From positions 448,001-512,000 of the forward strand of contig CAWJCS010000005.1 of the NCBI GenBank assembly GCA_963841435.1: a stretch of 64,000 nt of DNA, read 5' to 3'. Below the pieces are notes generated by a model that was not told the DNA's origin, ran no database searches, and saw nothing but the letters and a program-made list of their open reading frames with translations. Shown here one piece after another: positions 58,905-64,000 of this stretch; within the stretch, counting starts at the first letter, position 1; each line of letters begins with the position of its first letter. Both the position numbers and the translations under genes were made by a program. This stretch comes from an uncultured delta proteobacterium (GTDB taxonomy: Bacteria; Myxococcota_A; Polyangia; Polyangiales; Polyangiaceae).

Positions 58905-60149
58905 GTGCGGCGCGTCCTCACCACCTTCGACGCGACGTGCCTCGGCGTGAACGCCATCGTCGGGAGCGGTATCTATCTGTTCCCGGGCAAGCTCGCGGAC
59001 GCGCTCGGCCCGGCCTCGATTCTCGCGTGGGTCGTCACCGGGGCGCTCTGCGTGCCGCTCGCGTTCACGTTCGCGCTGCTCGGCGCGGACGAGGACCGCG
59101 CGGGCGGACCGTTTCGCTACGTCGACAAAGCGTTCGGCATCGTGCCGGGCTTCGTGGTCGGTTTCTCCGCCTGGGTGACGGCCGTCATTTCCTGGGCCGC
59201 CGTCGCCAACGGCTTGCCGCACTATCTCGCGCCGTTCGCGCCGTCGCTCGCCGAAGGGGCCGCGGCGCGGGGCGTTGCCGCCGTGCTCGTCGTCGCGCTG
59301 TGTGCCCTCAACGTGGTCGGGGTGAAGCCGGGCGCGCGGTTCACCGATTTGCTCACCGTGGGCAAGCTCGTACCGCTCGCGGCGTTCGTCGTGCTCGGGC
59401 TGTTCGCCGTCAACGGCGCACGCCTCGCGGCACCGCTACCGCACGGCCTTTTGCCACTGCCCGCCATGACGCTGATGACGATGTTCGCCTACCAGGGTTT
59501 CGAGGTCGTGGGCGTTCCGGCCGCGGAGCTCGCCGATCCCCGCCGCGCCGTGCCGCGCGCCATCGGGATCTCCATCGGCCTCTCGGCGTTTTTCTACACG
59601 CTCGTGCAGGTGGTGTTCGTCGGCGTGGGCGGGGGCTCCACGGGTTTGCCACTGCCCGACGCCGCGCGCTCTTTCGCGGGGCCGTCGGGCGCGGCGTTGC
59701 TCGGAGCGGGCGGTGTGGTCTCGATGCTCGGGTTCAACGCCGGCACGGCGCTTTCCACGCCGCGCTACCTCGAGGCGCTCGCCGAGAAGAAGCTCGTGCC
59801 ACCGATCCTCGCGCGGGCCCACGCGCGTTTCGACACGCCCGCGGCCGCCATCGTCACGAGCGGCGCGGTCGCGCTCGTCCTCACGCAGGTGCTCGACTTC
59901 GAGCATCTCGTCAACCTCGCGGTGCTCGCCGTGCTCGGCCAGTACCTCGCGAGCTCGCTCTCCTTGTGGCGGCTCGGCCGCACGCGGAGCGCGCGCGCTC
60001 TGGGCGCGGTGTCGGCCGCCATCAGCCTGGCCTTCGCGAGCGAAGCGCGCCTCGTCGAGCTCGTCGTGCTCGCAGCGCTCGTCGGCGTGGGGGGAGCGGT
60101 GGCGCTCTTCACGCGGTGGGGCGCCGAGCGCACCCGGCGCCTCGGCTGA
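58905..60149 (+). CDS. APC family amino acid permease
   Basis: GVNAIVGSGIY, AGGPF.Y, FAYQGFE; about 12 TM. Confidence 0.9.
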   Translation: MRRVLTTFDATCLGVNAIVGSGIYLFPGKLADALGPASILAWVVTGALCVPLAFTFALLGADEDRAGGPFRYVDKAFGIVPGFVVGFSAWVTAVISWAAVANGLPHYLAPFAPSLAEGAAARGVAAVLVVALCALNVVGVKPGARFTDLLTVGKLVPLAAFVVLGLFAVNGARLAAPLPHGLLPLPAMTLMTMFAYQGFEVVGVPAAELADPRRAVPRAIGISIGLSAFFYTLVQVVFVGVGGGSTGLPLPDAARSFAGPSGAALLGAGGVVSMLGFNAGTALSTPRYLEALAEKKLVPPILARAHARFDTPAAAIVTSGAVALVLTQVLDFEHLVNLAVLAVLGQYLASSLSLWRLGRTRSARALGAVSAAISLAFASEARLVELVVLAALVGVGGAVALFTRWGAERTRRLG

Positions 60150-60164
60150 GCGGCCACTCGGCGT

Positions 60165-60422
60165 TTGTGCCATTCTCGCGCCCGCATTGAGCGAATCGAT
60201 CGGCGAGCCCGGGCGACGCGCGGCGGTGGGCGACGCATGGCGGCGCCTCACGCTCGCGCTGACGCCGCTGCTCGGCGCCGCGCTCGCCGTCGTGCTCGCG
60301 TGCCGCGCATTGCCCGAGGCAGCGCGCGCGCCGTTCGACAAGTCCGCCGTGGCGCGCGTCGCCAAGCGCCGGCCCGACTACGTGCTGCTCGGCAACTCGA
60401 TGGTTGAGACCCGCTTCGACGA
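60165..60422 (+). pseudogene. N-terminal fragment of a membrane-anchored SGNH-like protein
   Basis: TM helix followed by PDYVLLGNSM, then an abrupt switch into MBOAT sequence; start uncertain. Confidence 0.5.
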
Positions 60423-61304
60423 GTCGCCTCGGCGCGGCGCTTCGACCCCGAGCGCGCGCGCTCGGCGCTGCTGCTCGTCGCCTGGGGCTACTTCAAGAAG
60501 CTCGTCGTCGCCGACAATGTCGCGATCGTCGCCAACAAGGTGTTCGCGCTGTCGGAGCCGACGTTTTCGCTGATCTGGGTGGGGACGCTGGCCTTTGCCG
60601 TGCAGATCTACGCCGATTTCTCGGCCTACAGCGACATCGCCCGCGGCACGGGTCGTCTGCTCGGCTTCGAGCTCATGACGAACTTCGACCACCCTTACCT
60701 CGCGGACGGCCCCGCGGATTTCTGGCGCCGCTGGCACATCTCGCTCTCGAGCTGGTTTCGCGACTACGTGTACGTCCCGCTGGGCGGCAATCGCGGCTCG
60801 CGGGCAAGAACGAGCCTGAACGTGCTCGTCACCTTCGTTCTTTCGGGCTTCTGGCACGGCGCAAGCTGGAATTTCGTGTTCTGGGGCGCGTACCACGGGA
60901 CGCTGCTCGTCGCGTACCGCTGGGTCGATCAACGCGCCCGCGCGCTCACCCGGGCACCCACACTGCGACCGCTGCGCGTGCTCGTGACCTTCGCGCTGGT
61001 CAACGTCGGCTGGCTGATGTTCCGCGAAACCGACACGCGCCAGTTGCTCGCGGATCTCTCGCTCTCACCCCTTCACGACTCAGCGGACGCGCTCGCCGCC
61101 GCGGCGCATCTCTTCGCCCTGACGGTCCTCTACGCGAGCCCCCTCCTCGTCAACTCGTCGCTCGAGCTTTTCGGGGTCTATCGCCGCGCGGGGAACACGC
61201 GGGGGTGGGCGCTTTCTTTCGGCGTGACGGCTGCCGCGCTGGCCGTGCTCACGAGCGCCTTTTACAGCACGGTGCCGAGCGACTTCATCTACTTCCGCTT
61301 CTAG
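60423..61304 (+). pseudogene. MBOAT O-acyltransferase (AlgI/DltB-like), N-terminally truncated
   Basis: WGYFKKLVVADN, QIYADFSAYSD, FWRRWHISLS.W, SGFWHGA, FIYFRF; the N-terminal part is absent. Confidence 0.8.
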
Positions 61305-61392
61305 TCGTGCTGCGCTGGTCTTCGGCGAGAGCTGGCGTCGTGCGGCCGGGCGCCGAGCGGGCGGGCGCACCAAATTCCGGGTTACTCTCCCC

Positions 61393-62868
61393 ATGATGGC
61401 TGCCTACCCCACCCGACTCATCGGCGTGGCTCTCGTCGCTTCGAGCTGCGTCGCTCCGTCCAAGAAGGCGCCCGCCCCTGCCGCCGTTCCCTCGTCAGCG
61501 CCGACCGCCATGCGGACGGCACCCGCGCGCATGGCGACGCTCGTGCTCACGACGGCCGAGGTCCCGTTCGCGCGCTCGACCCTCTCACCGAGCACCGCAA
61601 AGGCCGGCCCCGCGACGGTTTCCGTCGACGACACCGCACTCGCACAGCGCATCGAGAGCTTCGGCGGCGCTTTCAACGAGAAAGGTTGGGACGCGTTGTC
61701 GGTCCTCGACGAGACCGACCGTCGGGAGGTGCTGCGCTCGCTCTTCGAGCCGGCGAGCGGGCTGGGCTTCGACTATTGCCGCACGCCGATCGGCGCGAGC
61801 GACTATGCGATGAGCCGCTACACCCTCGACGAGGCGCACGGCGACTACGAGATGAAGCGTTTCTCCATCGAGCGTGACAAGGAAAAGCTCATCCCTTACA
61901 TCAAGGCGGCGCTCGCGATTCGTCCGGACCTCGAGCTCTGGGCCTCGGCCTGGACGCCACCCACGTGGATGAAACAAAACGGCGCCTTCGACGGTGGCGC
62001 CATGCGCGACGACCCGAAGGTGTACGCCGCCTACGCCCTTTACCTTTTGAAGTTCGTCGAAGCGTACCGGGCCGAGGGCATCGACGTGACCATGGTGGTG
62101 CCCCAAAACGAGCCCGGGCAGCTCACGCACTACCCGAGCGCCGATTGGCAGCCCGCTCAGTACGTCACCTTCATTCGCGACCACCTCGGGCCGCTCCTCG
62201 CGAAGCGTTCGCCGGCCACGCGCGTGTTCGTCGGCACGATCAACCGCGGCGATTGGGACGTCGCGGCCGTGCTCTCCGACCCCGGCGTGAAAAAGGTCGT
62301 GTCCGGCGTCGCGTTGCAGTGGGGTGGCCTCGATCTCCTGCCCGCGGTGCGTGCGAAGTTCCCCGAGCTTTTCGTCATGCAGAGCGAAACCGAGTGCGGC
62401 AACAACCACTGGCAGCCCGGATTCGACCCCGACCGGCCACCGAACGACTTCGGCTACGCCGCGCACACCTGGCACAAGCTCCACGATTTTCTCGCGGGCG
62501 GCGCCTCGAGCTACATGCTTTGGAACATGGTGCTCGACACGCACGGAAAGAGCATCGACGCCGTGCGGCCCTGGCCTCAGAACGCCGCCGTCGCCATCGA
62601 CCGCGACGCCCGCCGCGCCATCTACACGCCGATGTACTGGGTGACCAAGCACTTTTCCGCGCTCGTTCGGCGTGGTGCCCGCCTCGCCAAAACGAGCGGA
62701 AGCTTCGCCGATTCGCTCGCCTTCGCGAACCCGGACGGCAGCGTCGTCGTCGAGCTCATGAACGAAACGGAGTCGCCGGTCGGCGTGACCGTCGTCGCAC
62801 GCGGCCAGAGCCATGCGCTCGGCCTCCCCGCGCGAAGCTTCGCGAGCCTCGTCGTCCCGCCCGGCTGA
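61393..62868 (+). CDS. glycoside hydrolase family 30 (lipo)protein
   Basis: FGGAFNE, RTPIGASD, SAWTPPTWMK, QNEP, QSETECG, WNMVLD. Confidence 0.9.
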   Translation: MMAAYPTRLIGVALVASSCVAPSKKAPAPAAVPSSAPTAMRTAPARMATLVLTTAEVPFARSTLSPSTAKAGPATVSVDDTALAQRIESFGGAFNEKGWDALSVLDETDRREVLRSLFEPASGLGFDYCRTPIGASDYAMSRYTLDEAHGDYEMKRFSIERDKEKLIPYIKAALAIRPDLELWASAWTPPTWMKQNGAFDGGAMRDDPKVYAAYALYLLKFVEAYRAEGIDVTMVVPQNEPGQLTHYPSADWQPAQYVTFIRDHLGPLLAKRSPATRVFVGTINRGDWDVAAVLSDPGVKKVVSGVALQWGGLDLLPAVRAKFPELFVMQSETECGNNHWQPGFDPDRPPNDFGYAAHTWHKLHDFLAGGASSYMLWNMVLDTHGKSIDAVRPWPQNAAVAIDRDARRAIYTPMYWVTKHFSALVRRGARLAKTSGSFADSLAFANPDGSVVVELMNETESPVGVTVVARGQSHALGLPARSFASLVVPPG

Positions 62869-62961
62869 GCGTCGCGCCGCCGGGCGCGGCGGTGCCCGAG
62901 CCGGACGAGCCACCCGTGCCCCCGCGCGTAGTAAGCTCGGCCGACGACGCGAAAAAGCGCC

Positions 62962-64000
62962 ATGAACGCCCACTGCCCGCACTGCAATGTCGCGCTCACG
63001 CCGGGCGCCAAGTTCTGCTCGGAGTGCGGCGCCAAGCTGGGCCCGGGTACGTCGCGGCGGCCCGTGGCGCCGGGCGGCGAGCGGCGCCAGGTGACGATCC
63101 TCTTCGCCGACATCACGGGCTACACGCGACTCTCGTCCGAGATCGACCCCGAAGAGCTGCATGCGCTTTTGAACCGCTACTTCGAGCGCGTCAACGCGCT
63201 CGTGCGCGATTTCGGCGGCACCGTCGACAAGCACATCGGCGACGCCGTGATGGGTGTCTTCGGCGCGCCCGTGTCGCACGGTAACGACGCCGAGCGCGCG
63301 GTGCGCGCCGCCCTCGCCATTCACGACGCCATGCCGGCCCTGAGCCACGAGATCGGGCGGCCCCTCTCCGTGCACATCGGCGTGGCCAACGGCGAGGTCG
63401 TCGCTGCGACGAGCGGCAGCGAGGTGCACCGGGAATACACCGTGCTCGGCGACGCGGTGAACCTCGCGTCGCGCTTGGACGGACTGGCGGGCGCCGGCGA
63501 AACCGTGGTTTCCGCGGGGGTGCAGCGCGCCGTCGCGCGGCTTGTCGACGCCGAATCGGTGGGCGAGGTGAGCGTGAAGGGGCTTTCGGAGCCCGTGCGC
63601 GTCTACAAGGTGCGCGGCCTCGGACCCGCGCGCCCTCGCTTCCAAGCGCCGCTCGTGGGCCGGGACGGCGAGCTCGTCGCGTTTTCGCGGCTCGCCGCGT
63701 GCGCCGTCGACGAGAGCCGGGGCGCGGTGCTGTCACTCTGCGGCGAGCCGGGCGTCGGCAAGACGCGGCTCGTTGCCGAGATGTGCGAGCGCGGGACAGC
63801 GCGCGGGTTCGAGATCCACCAGGGTCTCGTGCTGGATTTCGGCACGAGCCGCGGCACCGATGCCGTGCGCGCCGTGGTGAAGAGCGCGCTCGGGCTGTCG
63901 CTCGACGCTTCGAGCGCGGAGCGCGACGCGTGCGCCCTGGAAGCGGAGCGCGCCGGCTCCTACACCGACGACGAGCTCGCGTGCCTCAACGACCTGCTCG
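62962..64000 (+). CDS. zinc-ribbon + class III adenylate/guanylate cyclase + AAA ATPase (runs off the window)
   Basis: CPHC..FCSECG, ERRQVTILFADITG, KHIGDAVM, GDAVNLASRL, GEPGVGKTRL. Confidence 0.9.
   Translation, partial: MNAHCPHCNVALTPGAKFCSECGAKLGPGTSRRPVAPGGERRQVTILFADITGYTRLSSEIDPEELHALLNRYFERVNALVRDFGGTVDKHIGDAVMGVFGAPVSHGNDAERAVRAALAIHDAMPALSHEIGRPLSVHIGVANGEVVAATSGSEVHREYTVLGDAVNLASRLDGLAGAGETVVSAGVQRAVARLVDAESVGEVSVKGLSEPVRVYKVRGLGPARPRFQAPLVGRDGELVAFSRLAACAVDESRGAVLSLCGEPGVGKTRLVAEMCERGTARGFEIHQGLVLDFGTSRGTDAVRAVVKSALGLSLDASSAERDACALEAERAGSYTDDELACLNDLL

Noticed and set aside
1-64000. Many long overlapping or antisense ORFs in the track (e.g. 18423-20291, 20331-22403, 41881-44004, 45552-47876)
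   Set aside because: Shadow ORFs expected at high GC. They are Arg/Ala/Pro-rich, lack motifs and lie opposite well-supported genes.
1-64000. CRISPR arrays, tRNA/rRNA genes, transposases, integrases
   Set aside because: No regularly spaced repeats, RNA gene signatures or mobile-element proteins seen by eye. Small ncRNAs cannot be excluded.

Overview
A very GC-rich, gene-dense bacterial window. Gene content and style suggest Myxococcota (Polyangiales-like): Cys/Gly-rich lipoproteins, ECF/anti-sigma modules, a fused ccoNO and many sigma54 promoters. I saw no rRNA, tRNA, CRISPR array or mobile element. About 50 kb (roughly 5-55.5 kb) reads as a physically clustered low-oxygen regulon. It holds a full cbb3 oxidase operon, PFOR (nifJ) with a DHODH-like partner, a CoA-transferase-GNAT fusion, PfkA, PpsA, GH57, four USPs, four CBS proteins, a P2 ATPase, a hemerythrin-like protein, PAS/hybrid kinases and an NtrC-type enhancer-binding protein (EBP). 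Reading the intergenic DNA by eye gave 14 sigma54 -24/-12 elements in front of these genes. Thirteen of them lie near a shared palindrome, GCGCA-N5-TGCGC or a close variant, which is often paired about 30 bp apart. Three +1 frameshifts and two apparent deletion junctions suggest assembly or sequencing errors, or recent lesions. One frameshift hides the third heme motif of a triheme cytochrome. All calls come from motif recognition by eye; no database searches were run.
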